A stretch of DNA of 64,000 nt, from the NCBI GenBank assembly GCA_026414365.1, contig JAOAJD010000001.1, positions 413,745-477,744 on the forward strand. Direction: 5' to 3'. A model generated the notes under the pieces. The model saw only the letters and a program-made list of their open reading frames with translations. It made no database searches and was not told the origin of the DNA. The translations under genes and the position numbers were made by a program. Shown piece after piece: positions 55,508-63,713 of the stretch (position 1 is the first letter of the stretch; each line of letters starts with the position of its first letter). The DNA is from Candidatus Iainarchaeum sp. (GTDB lineage Archaea; Iainarchaeota; Iainarchaeia; Iainarchaeales; SKW153).

Positions 55508-56191
55508 TTATTTTTTCTTCTTTCTCTTCTTCCTTCTCTCTGCTTTTTGTATTGCTTTCCTTCTTTCTTCTGCCTTTCTCTCTTCTTCAACTATTTGATA
55601 TTCAAAATCATCTATCGTTAATTTAAAGTCGTCATCATCTTTAATTACACCTTTTTCTTTTAATGTTTGCCTTGTCAATAGCCAATAACCTAAAGCCAAA
55701 CTTCTCCTTCCTTTATTGTTAAAAGGTATGACTAAATCTACATTTGTAGTAGTATTATTCGTACTACAAAATGCGATTACCGGTACTTTTATTTTTGCTG
55801 CTTCTTTAACTGCTTGCATATCTACATCAGTCTCAGTAACTACTATTATTTTTGGTTCAAAAAATTCTTTTGCTTGTGGATTTGTAAATGTGCCCGGCAC
55901 AAATCTTCCTGTAAAAGCTTTTCCTCCTATCGACTCAGCAAATTTTATAATGGGGGTTTTTGCATAGAGTCTCCTTCCAACCACTGCAACTTTATCTAAA
56001 TCATAATTTGCGATTAATTTTGCTGCTAATCTTATTCTATTATCTATTGTCTGAATGTCCATAACTCGTAAGTTATCCGGCCTTATTTTAAAAACATATT
56101 TTTTCATATCGCCTGATTTATTTTTGGTACCAATATGTGCACCACTTTTTAAGTAAGTATCTGAATCTATCAATAATTTCTCTTCTGCCAT
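55508..56191 (-). CDS. rps2: 30S ribosomal protein S2 (uS2)
   Basis: YLKSGAHIGTK, GRFVPGTFTN, IPFNNKG. Basic C-terminal extension ending KKRKKKK. Confidence 0.93.
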   Translation of the reverse strand: MAEEKLLIDSDTYLKSGAHIGTKNKSGDMKKYVFKIRPDNLRVMDIQTIDNRIRLAAKLIANYDLDKVAVVGRRLYAKTPIIKFAESIGGKAFTGRFVPGTFTNPQAKEFFEPKIIVVTETDVDMQAVKEAAKIKVPVIAFCSTNNTTTNVDLVIPFNNKGRRSLALGYWLLTRQTLKEKGVIKDDDDFKLTIDDFEYQIVEEERKAEERRKAIQKAERRKKRKKKK

Positions 56192-56209
56192 TATTACACC
56201 TGCGTAACT

Positions 56210-56404
56210 TTAAACTTTATATTTAGCAATCTCTTTAAGTAGATCTACTTGTGTGAATAACATTCTTCTGCAACAATATCTAGTAATCCCCATACTTTCT
56301 ACTACTTTCAGAGGATCTTCCCCTTTTTCTACTCTCTCTTTAAACTCTTTATATTTATCTCCTATTAAACTGCCACAACTGAAGCATCTTACTGGAATTA
56401 TCAC
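56210..56404 (-). CDS. rpoN: DNA-directed RNA polymerase subunit Rpo10 (RpoN)
   Basis: (M)[10 protein letters not shown] ... RYCCRRM. Start set at GTG 56404, 4 nt after GAGGTGAT, giving the canonical N-terminus. Confidence 0.9.
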   Translation of the reverse strand: MIIPVRCFSCGSLIGDKYKEFKERVEKGEDPLKVVESMGITRYCCRRMLFTQVDLLKEIAKYKV

Positions 56405-56409
56405 CAAAA

Positions 56410-56841
56410 TCACCTCTTACTTTTTTGTTTCTTTCTTCTTGCTTTAGGTCCTAAAGGTTTTTTAGGTTCAACTCTTCTAATATCATCAACTAACAACATC
56501 CTATCATACTTTATAAACTCCTTTTTTATCTTCTCGTCTTTTGTAAGTTCAACTATGGCTTTTGCTATGGCAGATCTTGCAGCTATTGCTTGTGCCATAA
56601 ATCCACCACCCTTCACTTTTATATAATAGTCGAATTGCTTTCCTATTGGAGCTAATACAATAGGTTCTGTTATAAACATTCTTAAATATTTTGAGTTGTA
56701 ATTTTCGACAGGTATTTTATTAATTATTATTTTTCCGTTACCTTTCTTTACAACAGCTCTCGCTACGGCACATTTTCTTTTAGCTTTTACAAAAGCATAA
56801 TCTTTTTTTGTTTTTTTTGCTTTCTTAGTCAAATTTACCAC
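56410..56841 (-). CDS. rps9: 30S ribosomal protein S9 (uS9)
   Basis: [36 protein letters not shown]-terminal basic tail ending ..KR. Possible TTG start at 56832. Confidence 0.93.
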   Translation of the reverse strand: MVNLTKKAKKTKKDYAFVKAKRKCAVARAVVKKGNGKIIINKIPVENYNSKYLRMFITEPIVLAPIGKQFDYYIKVKGGGFMAQAIAARSAIAKAIVELTKDEKIKKEFIKYDRMLLVDDIRRVEPKKPLGPKARRKKQKSKR

Positions 56842-57260
56842 CTTGCTCCTAACCTTTTACTAATTTCTTCTATGTAAACAGCAGACTTATTTAAAGGTGC
56901 CTTAGCCTCTTCAATAGTTTCAAATTTACTATCTTTAAGCTCGTTAGGTATGCCAATATAAACCTTTATTCTTTTTAGCGCTTTTCTTCCAGTTTCTTTT
57001 TTGTATGGTAACATTCCTCTTATTGCTCTCTTCACTATCAAATGGGGCATTTTTGGATATTTTGGTCCACCTTTAATAGGATTTCCCTTTGTTTTCATAT
57101 CTTTCCTAGTCTTATATTTATTAAAAATTGTTTGCCTTCCGCCAATTATGACACATTTTTCAGAGTTTACTATCTTAATATCTTCGCCTTTTAAGGCTCT
57201 TTTTGCAACAACAGAACACATTCTTCCTAATACTAAATCTTTTGCATCAATAACAACCAT
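56835..57260 (-). CDS. rpl13: 50S ribosomal protein L13 (uL13)
   Basis: VIDAKDLVLGRMCSVVAKRAL.GE.I.IVN and RAIRGMLP signatures. Confidence 0.93.
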   Translation of the reverse strand: MVVIDAKDLVLGRMCSVVAKRALKGEDIKIVNSEKCVIIGGRQTIFNKYKTRKDMKTKGNPIKGGPKYPKMPHLIVKRAIRGMLPYKKETGRKALKRIKVYIGIPNELKDSKFETIEEAKAPLNKSAVYIEEISKRLGARW

Positions 57261-57270
57261 ATCTCATCAC

Positions 57271-57639
57271 TCACTTTATTAAAATCATATCTCTTTCTTT
57301 GTAGTTATTTTCAGCTAATTCTTTATAGTTTATAATTTTTCCACCAGCTTTCTCTATTTTTTGCTTGGCTGTTTTTGAATAGGCAGGAGCTGCAATAATT
57401 ACTTTATTATTTAAAGTACCTGAAGCCAACACTTTTTGTGTAGTAACTAAAATTTTATCTCTAAATTTAGTTGAAAGTTTATTTATTTTCCAAATATTTA
57501 TTTCACCCTTTTTTCTTCTCTGTTTCATTAAACTTTCTGCCAAAATTTTCCAGATTCTCTTCCCTCTTTTTTTTGCTATTTTTTCTAAAAATATTGCTAA
57601 TTTTCTTGTACTTTCTTTTGTTGGACCTGTTTTTTTCAT
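57271..57639 (-). CDS. rpl18e: 50S ribosomal protein L18e (eL18)
   Basis: 122 aa. KTGPTKESTRKLA...RRKKGEINIWKIN..T and position between tRNA-Leu/rpoD and L13, as in other archaea. Confidence 0.88.
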   Translation of the reverse strand: MKKTGPTKESTRKLAIFLEKIAKKRGKRIWKILAESLMKQRRKKGEINIWKINKLSTKFRDKILVTTQKVLASGTLNNKVIIAAPAYSKTAKQKIEKAGGKIINYKELAENNYKERDMILIK

Positions 57640-57676
57640 TTTTCTTCACCGTTTGACATATAAAATTTAAGCTTAA

Positions 57677-57779
57677 TGCAGGGGGGAGGATTCGAACCCC
57701 CGAAGGCACTAAGCCACAGGATTTCTTCTTAAACTTAAAAACTTAAGTCCTGCCCCTTTGGCCACTCGGGCACCCCTGC
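57677..57779 (-). tRNA. tRNA-Leu(UAA) with a roughly 19-nt intron at the canonical 37/38 position
   Basis: Hand-folded. Acceptor GCAGGGG/CCCCTGC plus discriminator A. T arm GGGGG-TTCGAAT-CCTCC. Long variable arm GGC-TTAGT-GCC (class II). Anticodon stem CAGGA/TCCTG with loop CU-UAA-G interrupted by TTTTTAAGTTTAAGAAGAA (about 57723-57741). The only strongly GC-rich island nearby. Confidence 0.85.
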
Positions 57780-57798
57780 CCATAACATTTTTTAATAT

Positions 57799-58554
57799 TC
57801 ATAGTTTTTTAACCTCTTTCTTAATCTTTTCTGCTCTGTTAATTATTGATTCTAGTGCATAATTTATTATTTGTCTTGGCTCGAGGGATCCATAGCTTTC
57901 AACTTTAAATATAAATCCCTCTTTATCTCCTATTACTTCTATCGCGTTTTTTGGACAAATATCTACACACTTATTACACAATATGCAATCATATTGATTT
58001 TTAAATTCTATTTTTTCTCCTTTTTTTTCTAATACATCTTTAGGGCAAACTTTAATACATTTCTTGCATAAGTTGCATTCTTTGCTAACTTTTAATATAG
58101 GAATTTGAGTATATGTTATTAAACCAGGTTGCCATTTTGCATGTTCTTTGCCATAGCCAAATACTGCTTCTGCTTCTAATCTTATTTTTTGTCCTTTTTC
58201 GAGTTCAACTAAAGGTATATCTTTGCAAACCACTTCGACATCGTTAGTTAAAGGTTCTAGATCAGAACTATATACTGTGCAAGGACCTTCTTTTTCAAGT
58301 TTAAATTTTATTTTTTCATTTTCTTTAAACTTTCTTGGATCTGATCTTATTGGGATCATTGCAAGTCTATGAGCTAAAAACTCATCAAACATTACTGAGT
58401 CATTTTGGTATATATATACTTCCTCTATTGCAAGTACAGGAACTCTGTTCATAGCAGCTCTTCTCAACGAATTTACAAAATTTGTATTTGTGCCTTCTAT
58501 TTTTAAAATAATGTCATTTTTACTTTCTTTTAAAACATTTATTTCAACAACCAT
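57799..58554 (-). CDS. rpoD: DNA-directed RNA polymerase subunit Rpo3 (RpoD) with ferredoxin-like 4Fe-4S domain
   Basis: N-terminal dimerisation-domain motif FVNSLRRA....VP. Two complete CxxCxxCxxxCP motifs (CNLCKKCIKVCP, CILCNKCVDICP). Confidence 0.92.
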   Translation of the reverse strand: MVVEINVLKESKNDIILKIEGTNTNFVNSLRRAAMNRVPVLAIEEVYIYQNDSVMFDEFLAHRLAMIPIRSDPRKFKENEKIKFKLEKEGPCTVYSSDLEPLTNDVEVVCKDIPLVELEKGQKIRLEAEAVFGYGKEHAKWQPGLITYTQIPILKVSKECNLCKKCIKVCPKDVLEKKGEKIEFKNQYDCILCNKCVDICPKNAIEVIGDKEGFIFKVESYGSLEPRQIINYALESIINRAEKIKKEVKKL

Positions 58555-58566
58555 TCTTACACCCCT

Positions 58567-58959
58567 CTAATTTTTCTTACTTCTGTTTCTCTTCTTTCTT
58601 CTACAACCATCATGTGGTATAGGAGTAACATTCTCAATACTATCTATTATCATGCCGTTCCTAGTAAGCGCAATTATTGCTGCTTCTGCTCCCTGACCTG
58701 GAGTTTTTGGATTAATTCCACCTTGACCCCTCACTCTTACTATCACATTAGTTATTCCTCTATCTCTAGCTTTTTGTACTACTGCTTCCACAGCTTTCAT
58801 TGCAGCGTAGGGACTTCCTTCTTTGTGCTGTGCTTTTACTACACAACCACCACTACTTTTAGCTATTGTTTCTGATCCGGTTATGTCTGTCAATAAGATA
58901 ATTGTGTTATTCCGAGATGCATATATATGCACTATACCTCTTTTTTTCTCACTCACCAT
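58567..58959 (-). CDS. rps11: 30S ribosomal protein S11 (uS11)
   Basis: [24 protein letters not shown] and [11 protein letters not shown]-like C-terminus. Start set at ATG 58959, 6 nt after GGTG; the upstream track residues overlap S4. Confidence 0.93.
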   Translation of the reverse strand: MVSEKKRGIVHIYASRNNTIILLTDITGSETIAKSSGGCVVKAQHKEGSPYAAMKAVEAVVQKARDRGITNVIVRVRGQGGINPKTPGQGAEAAIIALTRNGMIIDSIENVTPIPHDGCRRKKRNRSKKN

Positions 58960-59623
58960 CTTTAGCACCTTCTTCTTGATTATTTTTATTATTTTTATGA
59001 CTCTCATCAAGTTCTTCTAGTTCTTTCATCTCTTCTTCTATATTTTCTTGAATTTTTTTCTTATCTTCTTTATCTTTTTTTCTTGTTTTTAAAACGTCTT
59101 TAGATAACTGCTTATCATCCTTTTTCATCATCTCTTCAAAAACTTTTGATTTTTTTCCATAATACCCTATTTTTCCTTCTTCCTCTTTCAACACTCTATA
59201 TGACGGTCTGTTAACTCTTTTTCCATTTATGGCTATATGCCCGTGTACTATTATCTGTCTTGCTTGCTTTATTGTTCTCGCCAAATTTTTTCTCCAAACT
59301 ATTGTTTGTAATCTTCTCTCTAATATGTCCCTCACTGTTAGGCTTAAAACATCATCAGCATTAGAGTTTTCACTGACTATTCCTTCTCTTGCCAAACTTT
59401 CAATGAGCTCTTTTTCTTTTTTCTTTCTCTCTTCTGCAGTTAATGCTTGGAGTTTTCTAGCAATTGTTCTTTTCTTCCTCAAATACGCTTCTGCTATTCT
59501 TATTTCTCTTTTATTTTTTAGACCATAGAAATTTATTAATTTTGCTTCTTCTTCTATTCTTTGTTTGTCCCATGTTTTTCTTGGTTTCTTGTAATGCTTC
59601 TTTGTTTTTTTAGGATGACCCAT
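58949..59623 (-). CDS. rps4: 30S ribosomal protein S4 (uS4) with about 45-aa Lys/Glu/Asp-rich C-terminal extension
   Basis: MGHPKK..K.Y..PR..WDK.RI, S4 domain RRLQTIVWR...[19 protein letters not shown]. Confidence 0.92.
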   Translation of the reverse strand: MGHPKKTKKHYKKPRKTWDKQRIEEEAKLINFYGLKNKREIRIAEAYLRKKRTIARKLQALTAEERKKKEKELIESLAREGIVSENSNADDVLSLTVRDILERRLQTIVWRKNLARTIKQARQIIVHGHIAINGKRVNRPSYRVLKEEEGKIGYYGKKSKVFEEMMKKDDKQLSKDVLKTRKKDKEDKKKIQENIEEEMKELEELDESHKNNKNNQEEGAKDGE

Positions 59624-59635
59624 ATTATCTCACCT

Positions 59636-60223
59636 TCATTTATTCTTTTGTTGTTGTTTTGGCTTCTGTGTTGCTGCTGCCTTAGCAGTTTCTTTTTTTA
59701 ACACTCCAACTACGCCGCCTTTTCCTCTGTGTGTACTTTTTGTTCTTTGTCCTCTAACAGGTAGACCCCAACTGTGTCTTAATCCTCTATATGACTTTAT
59801 TTCTCCAAGTCTCTTCAAGGTATTTCTTATATCAAACTCAAGATCAGACATTATGAGATGTTTATCTTCCCCACTTTCAAATTCATTTCTTCTATTCAAA
59901 GTCCAGGGCGGGATATTATATTGCGTTGGATTTGTAATTATATTCTCGAGTAAAGCAATTTGTTGTTCATTTAGAGTAGATAATTTACTATCATAATTTA
60001 TTCCTGTTTGATTTTCAAAGACTATTGCAAATATTTTACTTGTTCTATGTCCTATTCCCTTTAGACCAGTTAAAGCTCTATATATTGGCAAATCTCCATT
60101 TAAATCTTTACCTGCCACTCTTACTATACTCTTAAAAACTTGCTTTCCTTCTTTTCTGGTTTCTTTTTGCTTCTCTTTTTTTCCTTCTTTTCTAGTTTCT
60201 TTCTTTTGTTCTTTTTCACTCAC
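59636..60223 (-). CDS. rps13: 30S ribosomal protein S13 (uS13) with repeated Lys/Glu N-terminal extension
   Basis: Core IVRVAGKDLNG......ALTGLKGIG, RGLRHSWGLPVRGQRTK.. GTG start 3 nt after GGTGAG. N-terminal KETRKEGK duplicated. Confidence 0.92.
   Translation of the reverse strand: MSEKEQKKETRKEGKKEKQKETRKEGKQVFKSIVRVAGKDLNGDLPIYRALTGLKGIGHRTSKIFAIVFENQTGINYDSKLSTLNEQQIALLENIITNPTQYNIPPWTLNRRNEFESGEDKHLIMSDLEFDIRNTLKRLGEIKSYRGLRHSWGLPVRGQRTKSTHRGKGGVVGVLKKETAKAAATQKPKQQQKNK
60135..60206. repeat. two-copy tandem duplication (36-nt period) inside the rps13 5' coding region
   Basis: ttccttcttttct[g/a]gtttcttt recurs at 60135 and 60171 (22-nt core, 1 mismatch). Encodes KETRKEGK twice on the minus strand. 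Confidence 0.8.
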
Positions 60224-60459
60224 ATTCTCACCATTATTTCATTAATTTTTCTATAAATCTCTCTCTTATCACTCTCTTTTGAAATATCTATTTTTTTGTC
60301 AGTTATTATAAGATGTCGAGAGTTGCATTTTCTCCTTCTAACTTTTGGTCCTTCAACAACTACAAAATTATTTGGTAAAACATCTACTATAACTGCTGCA
60401 TTCCCAGCATCTCTACCTTTGGTTTTTATACAAACCCTCCCTATTTCTAACAGACTCAT
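60220..60459 (-). CDS. rpl14e: 50S ribosomal protein L14e (eL14)
   Basis: 79 aa. KOW-like IGRVCIKTKGRDAG..AVIVDV and position after L34e. Confidence 0.88.
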   Translation of the reverse strand: MSLLEIGRVCIKTKGRDAGNAAVIVDVLPNNFVVVEGPKVRRRKCNSRHLIITDKKIDISKESDKREIYRKINEIMVRM

Positions 60460-60806
60460 TTAGATAGCCTCCTTAACACAGATTCAATGAAATATCTTTC
60501 TTTATTTGACACATCCTCTATGTTCTTTTGTTTTAATTTTATTAAAGATGCATCAATTATAACTTTTTCCCTACATTTTGGGCATAATACACCACCAAAT
60601 ATGCTATTTGGCCTTCTCTGAGTTTTACTTTTTCTATGTATTTTTGCAGGAGATCTTTCATAGATAGCTCCATGTAATTTTGACTTACAAATATGACATT
60701 CTGGTTTTACTTTTTCTTTCCTCTTTAAAAGTATGGTCTTTTGCCCTTTTGGTGTTCTTCTTATAACTTTCTTTTTAGTAATTGCATGCCCACTCATTCT
60801 TCTCAA
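60456..60806 (-). CDS. rpl34e: 50S ribosomal protein L34e (eL34)
   Basis: RRTPKG......KRK......C..C...L.G and C..C zinc-ribbon-like pattern. ATGA-type overlaps on both sides. Confidence 0.88.
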   Translation of the reverse strand: MRRMSGHAITKKKVIRRTPKGQKTILLKRKEKVKPECHICKSKLHGAIYERSPAKIHRKSKTQRRPNSIFGGVLCPKCREKVIIDASLIKLKQKNIEDVSNKERYFIESVLRRLSK

Positions 60807-61282
60807 CCCTTTTTCTCTTCAATTTTATCTTTTATACTATAAAATATATTAATTATAAGAGTTGTAAACAGGGAACTTAAAACGTACCAACCTAACCAAT
60901 TTGTTTGTTTGTACATTTCAATAAGAGAATTTTTTCCAAACCACGGCACTGGAATAGGTAAATCTATAATATAACTCGAATAAAAACTCCCAAGATACCA
61001 AAAAGTAGGTAATGCTAAAACTAAGGAAACCAACATAAATTTAAGATTTTTGCTTAGCATTTCATTCATCTCTAATAAAAGTTCATTCTGTAGTTTATCT
61101 ATCTCCTTTTTATTTTTCTCAAAGTTTTTCATAAGTTCTTTTAATCTTTTTTGTTTCTCAGTCATTTTATCTCTCTGTTCTTTCATTTTTTTTCTGTCAT
61201 GTATTTTATTCTGTATTATCTGCAAAATTATTACTATTGCAACAGACACCAAACTAATATCTACAATAGGACTTATAATCAT
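60803..61282 (-). CDS. DUF106/EMC3-like membrane protein (archaeal Oxa1/YidC-superfamily insertase candidate)
   Basis: TM1, then coiled-coil DRKKMKEQRDKMTEKQKRLKEL...KLQNELLLEMNEM, then TM2-3. Conserved location downstream of secY. Confidence 0.8.
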   Translation of the reverse strand: MIISPIVDISLVSVAIVIILQIIQNKIHDRKKMKEQRDKMTEKQKRLKELMKNFEKNKKEIDKLQNELLLEMNEMLSKNLKFMLVSLVLALPTFWYLGSFYSSYIIDLPIPVPWFGKNSLIEMYKQTNWLGWYVLSSLFTTLIINIFYSIKDKIEEKKG

Positions 61283-61375
61283 TCAAAAACCTCTTCGAGA
61301 TTTTTCAAAAAAGGAGAGTTATTATAATTATTCTTATTGGCATATCTATAAAAAACATTTCTTTTTCTCAAGAGA

Positions 61376-62833
61376 TCACCCCAATATTTTACCTAACAAT
61401 GGATGCATTTCCATAAACTGCAATCTTGCAAGTTCTTCGTAAAGTCTATAAATTATTCCTACTGTTAATAATATTCCCATTCCAGAGGCCAACGTACCTG
61501 TCAAGTCCGCAAACCCTGCCAGAAACGCAACAAATGCTGATCCAAGTATTGTAACTGTAGGAATATATCTCTCTAATATTTTTTGCACAACTCTTGGATC
61601 TCTCCTAAAACCAGGTATAGACATCCCTGCTTTTTCTAACTGTTCTGCAATTGCATCAGGACCTTGATTTGCCATCTCCACCCAAAATTTTCCAAATACT
61701 ACACATGTTAGTATTAATATTATTAGATAAAATATCGCATGTACTATTGCTGCTCCTATTGGCTCACTACCTACTGTTGTAAAAGGACTTGTAGGATTAA
61801 ATGGATTAAAAAACAATATTAAACTATTTATTGCATCTGAAGCAATTTGTGTTATGGGAGTGTATGGTACTTGTGCTAAGAGGACAGCTCTCAAATTATG
61901 CGGTGCTGTCATTATTGAAGCAACTCTCTCTAATATTAACCCAACTATTGGTACATCTTTAGCTAACATAGCCCACATTTTTACATTGGCAAACAGTGCA
62001 ACTGCTAAAATTACTGGTATATTTGAGACATAAAGCAGTTTTACAGGATATCTACCTGTAGCACCTTTAAAGCCCATTGTTATAGGTATATTAACATGTA
62101 TACCTTCTGCAAATACCACTATTAAAAATACTAAAATAGTGAATAGAATAGGTAATAAATACCAATTTATTGCACCATATGTATTACTGCCAATCTCTAT
62201 AATTAGTCTAAATAAAACTCCACTAGCTTCAGCCAAGCTAAATTGCCCAGCAGCGTTGAATGGATTAAGTGTTACCCATAATAATTCATAAGATACTCCT
62301 GCTGCAATAAATAAACTGATTCCTGAACCTATGCCATACTTAGACACTACTTCATCAAGATACATTAATATTATTGCGCCTATCGCTACTTGGAATATTA
62401 CAAAGAAGAACATTCCTTCGGCTGGTCTTAACAATCCTATCGCAACATATACAAATGCTTCAAAGAAACATAAAAATATAGCAAAAGTTTTTTGCATAGC
62501 TGTGAACTTTGCCCTTTCTTTTGGATCTGTCATATTTATACTTATTATTCCACCACCTACTAGTAGTTGCAAGATTATAGAAGCTAAGACTATTGGTCCA
62601 ATACCTATTGTAATTAGGGAACCAATTTCACTACCAAGTATTAGTTGATATTCTCCTATAAGGCCTTTAGCGCTTTCATTTAATCCAATCAAACTTACAT
62701 TTCTCATTATAAAGAAAATAATCATAACTGCGGCTGTCCAAATTATTCTGTTTTTCAACGATGGTTTTACTTCTGGTGTTTTTACTTCAGGGATTAGTTT
62801 ATATATCGGTGCAAACATATCTAAAATACTCAT
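61376..62833 (-). CDS. secY: preprotein translocase subunit SecY
   Basis: 485 aa, 10-TM pattern. PEVK.P....L..R..WT, GIGP.V.ASII.QLL, GSG.SLFI, C-terminal GF.D..G...SG.G.LL.VGI. Confidence 0.96.
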   Translation of the reverse strand: MSILDMFAPIYKLIPEVKTPEVKPSLKNRIIWTAAVMIIFFIMRNVSLIGLNESAKGLIGEYQLILGSEIGSLITIGIGPIVLASIILQLLVGGGIISINMTDPKERAKFTAMQKTFAIFLCFFEAFVYVAIGLLRPAEGMFFFVIFQVAIGAIILMYLDEVVSKYGIGSGISLFIAAGVSYELLWVTLNPFNAAGQFSLAEASGVLFRLIIEIGSNTYGAINWYLLPILFTILVFLIVVFAEGIHVNIPITMGFKGATGRYPVKLLYVSNIPVILAVALFANVKMWAMLAKDVPIVGLILERVASIMTAPHNLRAVLLAQVPYTPITQIASDAINSLILFFNPFNPTSPFTTVGSEPIGAAIVHAIFYLIILILTCVVFGKFWVEMANQGPDAIAEQLEKAGMSIPGFRRDPRVVQKILERYIPTVTILGSAFVAFLAGFADLTGTLASGMGILLTVGIIYRLYEELARLQFMEMHPLLGKILG

Positions 62834-63231
62834 CCTTCTACCTCTTTTTGTTTGAATTTTTTAGATAATAGAACATTTCTAACAATAACATTCTTAGGTA
62901 TTTCTCCGGGCCCTATAATTTTATATATACCTAGATCTTTTCCATCTATGATTATGTTATCTCCTTCTTTTTTTGCTTTGCCTTCTTCTAAAAATTTTTT
63001 AGCAAGTTCTTCTATTTTCCATGCAGGCATTGCCTTCTTCTTGCCTTCTTTTGTTTTTAAAGTTATTTTTTTGCCAAACTTAGTATAATATTTACTAAAT
63101 TTATGTTTGTGGCTACCTGCAAAACCTACCCCCCCTCTACTGCCAGAACCTCTTCTTCTCTTAGTATTTCCTCCTCCATGAGTTCTATTACCTCTTAACC
63201 TGTTTTTTTTCCTTCTTTTTCTTACTACCAT
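62830..63231 (-). CDS. rpl15: 50S ribosomal protein L15 (uL15)
   Basis: RKKNRLRGNRTHGGG..KRRRGSGSRGG.G.AG. Start set at ATG 63231, 6 nt after AAGGTG. Confidence 0.92.
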   Translation of the reverse strand: MVVRKRRKKNRLRGNRTHGGGNTKRRRGSGSRGGVGFAGSHKHKFSKYYTKFGKKITLKTKEGKKKAMPAWKIEELAKKFLEEGKAKKEGDNIIIDGKDLGIYKIIGPGEIPKNVIVRNVLLSKKFKQKEVEG

Positions 63232-63242
63232 ACAGAACACCT

Positions 63243-63701
63243 TTAAATCATTTTCAGCAAAAGTTTGTTTATATATTGTCCACAATATCCTAAATTTCCG
63301 CCTTCCCTAAAGCTTCTTTTTATACCTTTCTTTCTTAATCCTTTAGAAGGAGGAGATAGTCTAAATACTGGTTTTATTCCAAAATCTTGTATTTTTTTAC
63401 CACCTTTTAAAGCAGAAATCAACTCTTCGATATTATTGATACCTTTAGATTTCAAATATTCTTCTGTAATTCTTTTGTTGCCAGGAAGTCTCCCTCTCTT
63501 AATTATTAATTTTGCGAGTACTTTATCGTCTATTTCTCCATAAGTTACATAGTCCTTTATTTTTTCTAACATTCCTTTAGTTGCTTTGTTATTACTTACT
63601 AAGACAGCATGGTTTACTTTATGCAACCTCAACATAGACAATGTAGTTTTTATATCAGGAGCGACTTTTACTTCTCCCCTCATTCTAATAACTGCAAACA
63701 T
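63243..63701 (-). CDS. rpl30: 50S ribosomal protein L30 (uL30)
   Basis: MFAVIRMRGEVKV..DIK.TL.MLRL.K.NH.VLV. SD AAGGAGG upstream. Confidence 0.92.
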   Translation of the reverse strand: MFAVIRMRGEVKVAPDIKTTLSMLRLHKVNHAVLVSNNKATKGMLEKIKDYVTYGEIDDKVLAKLIIKRGRLPGNKRITEEYLKSKGINNIEELISALKGGKKIQDFGIKPVFRLSPPSKGLRKKGIKRSFREGGNLGYCGQYINKLLLKMI

Positions 63702-63713
63702 TTAACTTCCTCC

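Noticed and set aside
57503-57709. The track ORF of 68 aa overlapping the rpl18e 5' end and the tRNA-Leu 3' half.
   Set aside because: It overlaps two well-supported features in a different frame. Its sequence is simply the alternative-frame translation of the Lys-rich rpl18e start plus the tRNA.
60135-60206. A tandem repeat that might be a CRISPR-like or minisatellite element.
   Set aside because: It has only two copies and no spacers, lies fully inside the rps13 reading frame, and encodes a duplicated KETRKEGK peptide. It is a coding slippage duplication.
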